Shown: in pieces, positions 1 to 8,359 of the stretch
Numbering within the stretch: the stretch's first letter is position 1
How the letters are laid out: each line of letters starts with the position of its first letter
From: Peptococcaceae bacterium
Lineage (GTDB): Bacteria; Bacillota; Peptococcia; DRI-13; PHAD01
Assembly: GCA_024655825.1 (NCBI GenBank)
Contig: JANLFJ010000016.1
Location: forward strand, 1,086 to 65,085
Direction: 5' to 3'
DNA: 64,000 nt
The notes under the pieces: generated by a model
The model's database searches: none
Seen by the model: the letters and a program-made list of their open reading frames with translations, nothing else
Told to the model about the DNA's origin: nothing
Position numbers and translations under genes: made by a program

Positions 1-1548
1 GCCGAAGTAAAACACAAACATATGTGAAACCAGGGGTTCAATGCCCAGTTTGGACAATGCCGGCGCGGCCATGGTGGCGGTAATGATATATGCAGGAATC
101 GAAGGTAGACCCATTCCCAGGATGAGGCAGGCGATCATGGCAAACACCAGGGTCAACATCAAGTTTCCCTGTCCAACGAAGAGTATGACAGAAGCGAGTT
201 TAAGCCCGAACCCCGTCAAGGTGGCCACTCCTACAATGACACCCACAATAGCGCAGGACATGGCAACGCTCAAGGTCATCCGCGCCCCGTTCTCCAGGGC
301 TTTTAAAACATCCCGCCACGACATGCGGGTCTCTTTTTTTAGGAAACCAACAATTACGGTGGCCACGATAGAGTAAAAAGCCGCATAGATGGGCGTGTAT
401 CCTTTTATTAAAAGATAAACCAGCACAATGAGGGGCATAATGAGATGCCCGCGGGATTTTAATACCTGCGAAATCTGCGGGATCTCTTCCTTTGGCACCC
501 CTCTGAGTCCCCGTTTGCAGGCCCTTAAATGTACCATAACGATTACTCCTAAATAATAAAGGAGCGCGGGGACCGCCGCTGCCAAGGCAATCTTTACATA
601 AGGTATGCCCAGCGATTCAGCCATGATAAAAGCGGCCGCCCCCATTACGGGCGGGAGAATCTGCCCTCCAACCGAAGCCGCTGCCTCCACAGCCCCGGCA
701 AATTCGGGCCGGTATCCAACCTTTTTCATCAGCGGTATGGTGAAACACCCGGTAGTAACAACATTGGCCACCGCACTTCCATTGATCGATCCCATCAAGC
801 CGCTGGAAACAACGGCCACTTTCGCCGGCCCTCCCCGGCTGCCGCCGGCAAGAGCCATAGCTAGGTCGTTGAAAAACTGGCCCATGCCCGATTTGTCCAA
901 AAATGCTCCAAAAAGAATGAACAGGATGATATAGGTTGAAGATACTCCGATTGGAATGCCAAAGATTCCCTCGGTAGTCAAATACATATAGTCCAGTATA
1001 TCCTTTATGCTGTAGCCGCGATGCATAAGAAAACCGGGCATGTAACGGCCGAAATAGGCATACGCCAGAAAAGCGACGGCTAAAACGGTCAGCTCCTTGC
1101 CGGCAATCCTCCGGCCGCCTTCCAGGACCAGCAGCAAAGTGATCAAGGCGAAGAGCAAATCGGTTTTGTTAGGCATTCCCGCCCTTAGTACAATATCGTT
1201 ATAAAAAGCAATGACATATAAACCGCTGGCCATAGCAAGCAAGGCAAAAATAGCGTCAATAACGGGCAGTTTTCCTTTTGGGCTTTTGTGGGAGAACGGG
1301 TAAAGCAGAAAAACAAGCGCTGTTATTACTGCCGTATGAAGAGCCCGGTGTTTTAAAGTGACCAGCGGTCCAGCCCACGCTGTATACAAATGAAAAACAG
1401 ACATAGCGATAGCAAGGCCGGTTACCGTTTGGGCCAAACATGAACAGTGGAATTTCCGGTACCGGGCTTCTGTGTCGTAAACTTGCAGCACCTGCTCTAC
1501 CCGGTTTTGTGCTTCTTGGGATAAATCCCTGTTGTTGTTCATCTGCAT
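1..1548 (-). CDS. TRAP transporter fused permease (TAXI-type, DctQ/DctM-like 4TM/12TM fusion); C-terminus lies beyond the window edge
   Basis: Absent from the supplied ORF track because there is no stop inside the window. My minus-strand translation from the ATG at 1548 (MQMNNNRDLSQEAQNRVEQVLQVYDTEARYRKF...LHTAVITALVFLLYP...) stays open for 516 codons to position 1 (...LVSHMFVFYFG). The sequence is long, polytopic and hydrophobic. It lies immediately downstream of the TAXI binding-protein gene. A G-rich SD (GGGGGG) precedes ATG 1548/1542. Confidence 0.8.
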   Translation of the reverse strand, partial: MQMNNNRDLSQEAQNRVEQVLQVYDTEARYRKFHCSCLAQTVTGLAIAMSVFHLYTAWAGPLVTLKHRALHTAVITALVFLLYPFSHKSPKGKLPVIDAIFALLAMASGLYVIAFYNDIVLRAGMPNKTDLLFALITLLLVLEGGRRIAGKELTVLAVAFLAYAYFGRYMPGFLMHRGYSIKDILDYMYLTTEGIFGIPIGVSSTYIILFILFGAFLDKSGMGQFFNDLAMALAGGSRGGPAKVAVVSSGLMGSINGSAVANVVTTGCFTIPLMKKVGYRPEFAGAVEAAASVGGQILPPVMGAAAFIMAESLGIPYVKIALAAAVPALLYYLGVIVMVHLRACKRGLRGVPKEEIPQISQVLKSRGHLIMPLIVLVYLLIKGYTPIYAAFYSIVATVIVGFLKKETRMSWRDVLKALENGARMTLSVAMSCAIVGVIVGVATLTGFGLKLASVILFVGQGNLMLTLVFAMIACLILGMGLPSIPAYIITATMAAPALSKLGIEPLVSHMFVFYFG

Positions 1549-1575
1549 GCCCCCCAAGCAGATTAATAATTATTG

Positions 1576-2565
1576 TTAATTGACGCCCTTTTCCTTAAAG
1601 TATTTTTCCGCGCCGGGATGCAGGGGAACAGGTATGCCTTTCTTCGCCTTTTCCAGCTTGATGTCCTTGGCTGCAGAGTGAGTGCTGACAAGATCGCCCA
1701 GGTTCTCAAAGACTATCTTGGTCATGTTATAAACCAGGTCCTCCGGCATATCGTCCCTGACAACAAGAATGCTTGTAACAGCAGCCGTCGGTACATCCTC
1801 TTTATTGTCATATGTACCGCCCGGGATAGAAACGGATGTATAAAAGGGGTATTTTTCGGCCAGTTTCTCAACCGTCTTGGGTTCTATGGGTATTATCCTG
1901 ACATCATGGGTAGTGCACAGGTCAAGGATTGTAGAGTTTGGAAGCCCGGAAGTCTGGAAGGCCGCATCTACCGACCCGTTTTTCATTTGTTCGATTGACT
2001 CGGCATAAGACAAATAGTCAGGTTTAATGTCTTTATAAGTGATTCCGTAGGCCTCCAGCACCTGACGGGCATTGACTTCCGTACCGCTGCCCGGCGCTCC
2101 TACTCCCACTCTTTTACCTTTTAAATCGGCAACAGACTTGATTCCTGATTTTTCCAACGCAATCAACTGGACATAATTAGGATAAAGAGCGGCCATGCCG
2201 CGCAAATTCTTTACGGCGCCCTTGTCCTTGAAAACCTCTGTACCTGTGTAAGCGTAAGAAACCACGTCATTCATGGCGAACGCAAGCTCAGCCTTCTTTT
2301 CTCCAAGCAGTGTGCAGTTGACGGCAGAGGCCCCGGTTGACTGCACGGAAGCTTTCGCTCCGGGAATATTCTCGTTAAATAGCTTGGCCACAGCGCCGCC
2401 CAGGGCAAAATACGGGCCTGAACTTCCGCCGGTAACAATGGTGATTAACACCGGCTCTTTTGAAGCCGTCCTGGGCTGCGAATTTTTATTGGCACCTCCG
2501 CCGCATCCGGTAATAGCCATAACAGCAAACGCGGCAATCACCAGTAATCCTAGAAGCTTTTTCAA
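1576..2565 (-). CDS. TAXI-family TRAP transporter solute-binding lipoprotein
   Basis: 329 aa. Lipoprotein signal (LLVIAAFAVMAITGCGGG). The mature sequence looks like the TAXI/immunogenic-protein family. TTG start sits 8 nt after AGGAGGA. Confidence 0.85.
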   Translation of the reverse strand: MKKLLGLLVIAAFAVMAITGCGGGANKNSQPRTASKEPVLITIVTGGSSGPYFALGGAVAKLFNENIPGAKASVQSTGASAVNCTLLGEKKAELAFAMNDVVSYAYTGTEVFKDKGAVKNLRGMAALYPNYVQLIALEKSGIKSVADLKGKRVGVGAPGSGTEVNARQVLEAYGITYKDIKPDYLSYAESIEQMKNGSVDAAFQTSGLPNSTILDLCTTHDVRIIPIEPKTVEKLAEKYPFYTSVSIPGGTYDNKEDVPTAAVTSILVVRDDMPEDLVYNMTKIVFENLGDLVSTHSAAKDIKLEKAKKGIPVPLHPGAEKYFKEKGVN

Positions 2566-2708
2566 TTCATGATTCCTCCTCTTTTAATTTCAATTTTCTA
2601 ACAATAATATAATCGTAAAAAAAGGGCCTTCAAACGATTGCCTGCCGAATAACCATATTTGACCTCCTGTTGGCTCCTGCCAAACGCTGAGTGGCATTTA
2701 TCATTTAT

Positions 2709-2750
2709 AAAAAAATCAAGGCGCCAGTTCATAAATCGACCAGCGCCTTG
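2709..2750 (-). terminator. Rho-independent terminator after the LytTR regulator gene
   Basis: Minus strand reads CAAGGCGC-(18 nt)-GCGCCTTG followed by ATTTTTTT. The hairpin overlaps the last codons and stop of the regulator gene. Confidence 0.7.
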
Positions 2751-3487
2751 AATTCTTTTACCTTATAGCGGCTTACCGGTATCTCCAGCTTGGGAAGCCC
2801 GCTCACCTTCAGGAGATATGTGCCGTTAAACCAGGGAATGATTTCATTCACCTTTTTTAAGTTAACCAGGTAATTACGGTGACAGCGGAAAAAGTTTCTG
2901 TCGGCCAGTTTGCTTTCCAGGTTAAGCAGAGGCTGGTTGGCCATATACTCTTTATCAGCCGTCAGGATGTACGTCTTCTTTTCTTTGGCAATAATCACGC
3001 ATACATCTTCAGGATCAAGCAGGAACAGTTTCCCGCCCTTTTCTCCTTGAATCCGCCGGAGGGAAAACCTGTCCGGGGAGCTTTGCACTTTGTTATCCCG
3101 CTGCATGTGCCTGGTTCTTTCTCCCAGGCGTTCCCTGGCCTGTTTCAAAACAGCCCTGATTTCCTCCCTGGAGAAAGGCTTGAGGACATAACCGACCGCG
3201 TTCACCTTGAAGGCTGCTATGGCATATTCCTCAAAGGCAGTCACAAATATGACCAGGGGCGGTCTGCTCTCGTCCATAACCAGGCGGGCTGTCTCCATCC
3301 CCGTTGTTCCAGGCATATTAATATCCAGAAAAACTATATCCGGCCGCAATCTCTTGATTTCGTCAGCTGCTTTATGACCGCTGTAACATTCGCCGACCAC
3401 TTCCAGGTCATTCTCCATTTCTAAAATATACCTCAGTTCATTGCAGATTAAGGGCTCGTCATCGGCCAGAAATACCTTGTATTTCAT
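2729..3487 (-). CDS. LytTR-family response regulator (REC + LytTR DNA-binding domain)
   Basis: MKYKVFLADDEPLICNELRYILE...DIVFLDINMPG receiver domain. C-terminal LytTR-like segment (FFRCHRNYLVNLKKVNEI). The ORF track starts 5 codons earlier at 3502. Confidence 0.9.
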   Translation of the reverse strand: MKYKVFLADDEPLICNELRYILEMENDLEVVGECYSGHKAADEIKRLRPDIVFLDINMPGTTGMETARLVMDESRPPLVIFVTAFEEYAIAAFKVNAVGYVLKPFSREEIRAVLKQARERLGERTRHMQRDNKVQSSPDRFSLRRIQGEKGGKLFLLDPEDVCVIIAKEKKTYILTADKEYMANQPLLNLESKLADRNFFRCHRNYLVNLKKVNEIIPWFNGTYLLKVSGLPKLEIPVSRYKVKEFKALVDL

Positions 3488-5186
3488 CATCTCCACTCCC
3501 ATTTACCTGCGGAAGATGTAAAATGACCCTTGTCCCTTTCCCCGGGGCGGTTTCAAAGGTACAGCCAGCCCGGTCCCCGTAAAGCAGTTTCAGGCGCTGC
3601 ATGATATTGTTCAGCCCTACTCCCCCATGCTCCGTTCTTTGCCCCTTCCTGATTCTTTCCAGTGTACCTGCTTGAATACCGGCGCCGTTATCAATGACTT
3701 CAATCTTCAGGAATTCAGATTCCAGAGAAGTTTTTACTTCAATACGGCAGTCAATCTCTTTTTCGATGAAACCATGACGCAGCGCATTTTCAACAAGAGG
3801 TTGTATGGAAAAAACAGGAACCAGGCAGTCTTCCGTATGATCCCCTATTTCAATTCTTACCTGCAGCTTGCTGCCAAAACGAACCTTGTTAATGAATAAA
3901 AAGTCATCAACAGCCTCCAGTTCATCATGTAACGGTACAAGGTCGTCGTTTTCCCTAAGCCTGCGTCGCAGCAGTCTGGAAAGGTGAAGAAGCAGTTCAC
4001 GCGCCTCCTCCGGCTTGGACCGGCAGCAAGACATGATTACGCTTAAGGAATTAAACAAAAAATGCGGGTTGAGTTGAGCCTTCAGCGCCGAAAACTCGGC
4101 ACGGGCCAACAGCTTGCTTTGTTCGTTCAACTGGGCAATTTCTAACTGCAGGCTGAGAAGATTGCCGATTCCTTCCGCCAGTTTCAAATCAACATCGGTA
4201 ATCTTATCCCCGTTGCTGTTAATAATGCTGAATGTTCCGACAATCTCGTCTCTACTCCACAACGGTACCACTATGGCACTGGAAAGAGGGCACTGCGGGT
4301 CGTAACAGCCGAGCAATTCCTTTTGATGTGCCACCTGCCTGGAACCACTGTTCAACACATCAAGAACGACCTGTGCTGCAACAGGTTGCCCAGTCCTATG
4401 ATGGTCGGACCCCTGGCCGGCAAAAGCCAGTACTTTTTCTTTGTCGGTAATGGCTACCGCAGCCGCCTTCGTCTCGGAAAGGATGATTTCCACAACCCTG
4501 GTTGCAGTTCCGGCATTTAACCCTTTTCTTATGACAGGCATTGTCTGGCTCGCAATCTGGAGAGCTTTTTCAGCGTAGGACGCACCTACTCTCAGGTGTT
4601 CCTTGCGCACATTTTGGACCATCATCACAAAAATAGTAACCCCAATGGAATTGACCATTATCGTCGGCACGGCAATAGTCCTTTCCAGAGTCAACGCCGC
4701 GGAAAAAGGTTTCGCCAGCAGGAGAACCAGTGCTTTCAGGATTGCTTCAGACAATAAACCGGACAGCAGGGCGGTTTTTCCACTTATATTCCTGGGGCCT
4801 TTTACCAGGTAAAAGCAGCTGCCCACAAGTCCGGCAAAAACATTGCCAACAGCGCAGGCCCAAGCAGTAAAACCGCCCAAAAACAGCCTGTGTAATCCCC
4901 CAATAAGTCCTGCGCTTATCCCAACCATTGGTCCAGCCAGCAGCCCTCCAACCACTGGGGCAATCATCCGGTTATTGGCCAGGGCGCCCATCACGGGAAT
5001 CCCCAGGTAATTGCCGGCTATGGAGAGCAGGCCAAAAATAACCGCCAATAGCGCTTTGTCTTTTAGGTTGGCTTCACCTTCCAGGGCAAGACGCAATGGC
5101 CTGGTATGAATCAATAAATATGCTGTAAGGGCAATTAATGCCATGTTTTTCAGCAGTTCTATCAAAAGCTGAAGAATACTGCCCAC
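3459..5186 (-). CDS. LytS/YehU-family sensor histidine kinase (5TM-LYT + GAF + His_kinase + HATPase)
   Basis: 575 aa. N-terminal multi-TM region, central GAF-like region, LNPHFLFNSL H-box typical of LytS-type kinases, C-terminal G-boxes (DNGAGI, GGVGLNN). The exact start is uncertain because the GTG at 5186 abuts the SD. Confidence 0.9.
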   Translation of the reverse strand: MGSILQLLIELLKNMALIALTAYLLIHTRPLRLALEGEANLKDKALLAVIFGLLSIAGNYLGIPVMGALANNRMIAPVVGGLLAGPMVGISAGLIGGLHRLFLGGFTAWACAVGNVFAGLVGSCFYLVKGPRNISGKTALLSGLLSEAILKALVLLLAKPFSAALTLERTIAVPTIMVNSIGVTIFVMMVQNVRKEHLRVGASYAEKALQIASQTMPVIRKGLNAGTATRVVEIILSETKAAAVAITDKEKVLAFAGQGSDHHRTGQPVAAQVVLDVLNSGSRQVAHQKELLGCYDPQCPLSSAIVVPLWSRDEIVGTFSIINSNGDKITDVDLKLAEGIGNLLSLQLEIAQLNEQSKLLARAEFSALKAQLNPHFLFNSLSVIMSCCRSKPEEARELLLHLSRLLRRRLRENDDLVPLHDELEAVDDFLFINKVRFGSKLQVRIEIGDHTEDCLVPVFSIQPLVENALRHGFIEKEIDCRIEVKTSLESEFLKIEVIDNGAGIQAGTLERIRKGQRTEHGGVGLNNIMQRLKLLYGDRAGCTFETAPGKGTRVILHLPQVNGSGDDEIQGISGR

Positions 5187-5192
5187 TCCCTT

Positions 5193-6008
5193 TCAATACT
5201 CAGGCGGCAGTTTTTTCAGCTGCTCCAGCGTAAAGACGGGTCCATCCAGGCACACATAGAGGCTTCCAATGTTGCAGCGGCCGCACTTGCCGATACCGCA
5301 TTTCATGCGCATCTCCAAGGTGGTGATGACGTCGGCGTCGTTAAAGCCCATCCTGGCCAGGGCCTGGAGGACGAATTTAATCATGATCGGCGGGCCGCAG
5401 GTAATGGTGGTCATGGGCTTGAAGCCCAGTTCCTCCACATAGGCGGGAACAAAGGCCACATGCCCCGTCCAACCCTCTTCCGGCCGGTCGATGGTCGTAT
5501 AGACCTCCATGTTTTCCACCTTCGGCCAGTTTTCGAAAAGGTCTTCCTTGAAAACCAAGTCGGCCACGGAACGCGCGCCGTAAACCACATACATTTTCCC
5601 GAATTCCGCCCTGTTTTCAATACAATGGTTGATAAGACTGCGGACCGGCGCCAGTCCTATACCGCCGCCGATAAAGAGCAGGTCCTTGCCCTTGAGATAA
5701 TCCAGCGGAAAGCCGTTGCCGTACGGTCCCCTGATGCCGCATTCCTGCCCTTCCTCCACCTGGTGAAGCGCCCCTGTCAGCTGGCCCACTTCCTTGATGG
5801 CAAGCTCCAGGTGATTTGGTCCCTGGGAAGTGATGGAAAACATGGCTTCGCCTGCCTGGGGCAGGGATAACATGGCCAGCTGTCCCGGTTTCGGAGCAAA
5901 CGGCTTTTCCCCGCCGGTGGTGCTGACATGAAATGTTTTTACATCCGGAGTTTCCTGAACAATCTTTATTATCCTTCCCCGTATGGGAACAAGAGGGTTG
6001 GCATTCAT
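5193..6008 (-). CDS. flxA: FlxA-like FAD/NAD(P)-binding oxidoreductase with C-terminal 2Fe-2S (PyrK/HydG/AsrB family)
   Basis: 271 aa. GGGIGLAP nucleotide-binding motif and C-terminal CGIGKCGRC cluster motif. Last gene of the hdr-flx cluster and overlaps flxB by 4 nt. Confidence 0.8.
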   Translation of the reverse strand: MNANPLVPIRGRIIKIVQETPDVKTFHVSTTGGEKPFAPKPGQLAMLSLPQAGEAMFSITSQGPNHLELAIKEVGQLTGALHQVEEGQECGIRGPYGNGFPLDYLKGKDLLFIGGGIGLAPVRSLINHCIENRAEFGKMYVVYGARSVADLVFKEDLFENWPKVENMEVYTTIDRPEEGWTGHVAFVPAYVEELGFKPMTTITCGPPIMIKFVLQALARMGFNDADVITTLEMRMKCGIGKCGRCNIGSLYVCLDGPVFTLEQLKKLPPEY

Positions 6009-7003
6009 TCAACCTCCGCCTCCTTTATTTTCCGAATAACGGCGGTAATGTCCATGTTCACCGGGCATTTGGCTAGGCAGCGGCCGCAGCCCGTGCAAAG
6101 CAGCTGGCCGTAACGTTCCACAAAATAGCTGAGCTTGTGCATGAACCGGTTGCGAACCCGCTCCTTTTTGGTGGGACGCGGGTTATGCCCTCCCGCCATG
6201 CGGGTGTATTCCGAAAACATGCAGCTGTCCCAGCAGCGGAACCTGTAGCCCTCTTCCCCTTTGACCTTGCCGGATACATCAAAGCAGTGGCAAGTCGGGC
6301 AAAGATAGGTGCAGAGCGCACAGCCCAGGCACTTGCGGCTCACTTCCTCCCAGACCGGGTGGTCAAACATCCGGGAGAGCTTTTCCGGCACGCCCTCAAC
6401 CTCCACCTTGAGCTTAAACTCTTCCGCCGGCAGGGGCGACGCTCCTGTTTCATGTAAAACATCCCCGTATTTGGCCAGCAGTTCTTGGCCGGCTGCCGTC
6501 CTGGCTTTAAACCCCCATTCCGCGCCCAGGTCCAGCACCTGAAGGTCTACCCCCACCGCTTCCTGGGGATTCAAGCCCATCGACTGGCAGAAGCAGGTGT
6601 CCCCAACGGCAGTGCAGGCCAAGCCCACCAAAAGAGTGTTTTCCCGTTTATTCTTGTAAAAGGCGTCCTCGTATCCCCGGCTGAGGAAAACCTTGTCCAG
6701 GCAGTCAATGCTAAAGGCGTCGCAGGAACGAATCCCGAAAACGACCTGCTTTTCCTTTTGTTCCGCTATTTCTTCTATCTCCAGCTCGTTCCCCGCAGCC
6801 CGGAACTTATACATCTTTTCCGTCTGCGGGAAAAAGATGTCCTTGGGAGGCAGCAGCGTGTTCATTTCCAGGTACAATTCCCGTTCTTCCTGATAAGGCG
6901 CGAATTTGCCCGTCCCGTTCTCCAGGTAGGGTACATAAACCTGGAAGTCCCGGTTCATTCTCCGCAGCAGTTCGTTCAAGCGTTTCTTCTCAATAGCCAG
7001 CAT
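6005..7003 (-). CDS. flxB: FlxB-like iron-sulfur protein (sulfhydrogenase beta/AsrA-like, 4Fe-4S dicluster)
   Basis: 332 aa. Motifs CLGCALCTYLCPTCHC and CTGCGRCLAKCP. Position in the cluster supports the call. Confidence 0.75.
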   Translation of the reverse strand: MLAIEKKRLNELLRRMNRDFQVYVPYLENGTGKFAPYQEERELYLEMNTLLPPKDIFFPQTEKMYKFRAAGNELEIEEIAEQKEKQVVFGIRSCDAFSIDCLDKVFLSRGYEDAFYKNKRENTLLVGLACTAVGDTCFCQSMGLNPQEAVGVDLQVLDLGAEWGFKARTAAGQELLAKYGDVLHETGASPLPAEEFKLKVEVEGVPEKLSRMFDHPVWEEVSRKCLGCALCTYLCPTCHCFDVSGKVKGEEGYRFRCWDSCMFSEYTRMAGGHNPRPTKKERVRNRFMHKLSYFVERYGQLLCTGCGRCLAKCPVNMDITAVIRKIKEAEVE

Positions 7004-7016
7004 TCAGCGCCACCCC

Positions 7017-7904
7017 CTACATGAACTTTTCGGGGTCATCCAGCTCAAAGCGCCCCAAGGGCGTCTTTTTCTCCGGATCGAGCCCGGCGGGTTCTTCCCC
7101 GAACAATTCTTCAATATCGTTGATTATCTTCCTGTTCAGGGCCATCAGTGGAATGTTCACGGGACAGGCCCGCTCGCATTCGCCGCATTCTATGCACCTG
7201 CCGGCCACATGAATGGCCCTGGTCAGCTGCATGAACTGGTTTTCGACCAGATTGTTGGCCTTGCCCAGCCACTCCGGCACAGCCCTGTCGAAAACGCATT
7301 CCCGGCAGTTGCAGGCCGGGCAGATATTCCTGCAGGCGTAACAGCGTATACAGCGATTAAATTGTCCTGCCCAGAACTCGTAGCGTTCATCAGGCTTCAT
7401 CTTTTCCAGCCTTTCGATAAGCTCTCTCGTCTCTCGACCCCGCTCAACCGCAGGCACTTTTTCGCCCAGCAGCAGGTCGTAAACCACCGGGTTGGGGAAC
7501 CTGCAATCCTGGCATTTCACTGCGCCGTTTATTTCATCGCCCCAATTTTTGCCTGCCGCGTCATCAGGATCCTTCAACCCTGGGCATGGAATCCCGATAA
7601 TATATAATTGTTCTCTTTTCACCTGGTTGTCCTGGATCAAGCGGTTGACGCCGCGGCTGTCGCACCCTTTCACGAACAGGGCTACCTTGCCGTCGACAGC
7701 AGCCAGGTCCAGCAGGTACTTGGAAAGGTTATTGTGGCAGAATTCATCAAATACGAGCCTCTCGACATCTTCAACTTTGTCAATGAAGGTGGGGGCTGAC
7801 TTGTACCAGGGATAACCCTTTTCCCAGCCCAAAACAAGGGCAACCTGGCCGCTGCTCAGGAGTTCCCGGGCTGTGTCGCGCATTTTTTGAGTAATTTCTT
7901 TCAT
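7017..7904 (-). CDS. flxC: FlxC-like iron-sulfur protein (4Fe-4S dicluster)
   Basis: 295 aa. Motifs CIRCYACRNICPACNC and CIECGECERACP. Overlaps flxD by 4 nt. Confidence 0.75.
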   Translation of the reverse strand: MKEITQKMRDTARELLSSGQVALVLGWEKGYPWYKSAPTFIDKVEDVERLVFDEFCHNNLSKYLLDLAAVDGKVALFVKGCDSRGVNRLIQDNQVKREQLYIIGIPCPGLKDPDDAAGKNWGDEINGAVKCQDCRFPNPVVYDLLLGEKVPAVERGRETRELIERLEKMKPDERYEFWAGQFNRCIRCYACRNICPACNCRECVFDRAVPEWLGKANNLVENQFMQLTRAIHVAGRCIECGECERACPVNIPLMALNRKIINDIEELFGEEPAGLDPEKKTPLGRFELDDPEKFM

Positions 7905-8359
7905 TCCGGATCCCTCATCTTCCTGTTCGGCCCCATGGCCTTTATCTCTTCCACCAGCTGTGTCACGACCTGCTGGAATTTGGGTCCTTCCGAGCCGGAA
8001 ATCCAGCGAACCTGGAAACGCTGGGGATCAATGCCCATGTATTCCAGCAAACGCTTGGTCAGCAGGTAGCGCCGGCGTGTAAAATAATTGCCGGTGCTGT
8101 AATGGCAGTCTCCCGGGTGACATCCCGCCACCAAGACACCGTCCAGCCCTTTTTGAAACGCGCGGATCACAAACTGGGGGTTGACCCGCCCGGAACAGGG
8201 GACCCGCAAAATGCGGATGTTGGGCGGGTACTGGAGCCTGCTCAAACCGGCCAGGTCCGCGCCTGCATAGGTGCACCAGTTGCAGGCAAAAACAAGTATT
8301 TTAGGTTCCCATGCCTTTTGCCCCGTTCCCTGTTTTTCAGCATTCAATCCTACAGACAT
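7901..8359 (-). CDS. flxD: MvhD-like (methyl-viologen-reducing hydrogenase delta subunit) protein, FlxD
   Basis: 152 aa. Motifs FACNWCTYAGADLAG...CSGRVNP...GCHPGDCHY are typical of MvhD. Overlaps hdrA by 10 nt. Confidence 0.85.
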   Translation of the reverse strand: MSVGLNAEKQGTGQKAWEPKILVFACNWCTYAGADLAGLSRLQYPPNIRILRVPCSGRVNPQFVIRAFQKGLDGVLVAGCHPGDCHYSTGNYFTRRRYLLTKRLLEYMGIDPQRFQVRWISGSEGPKFQQVVTQLVEEIKAMGPNRKMRDPE

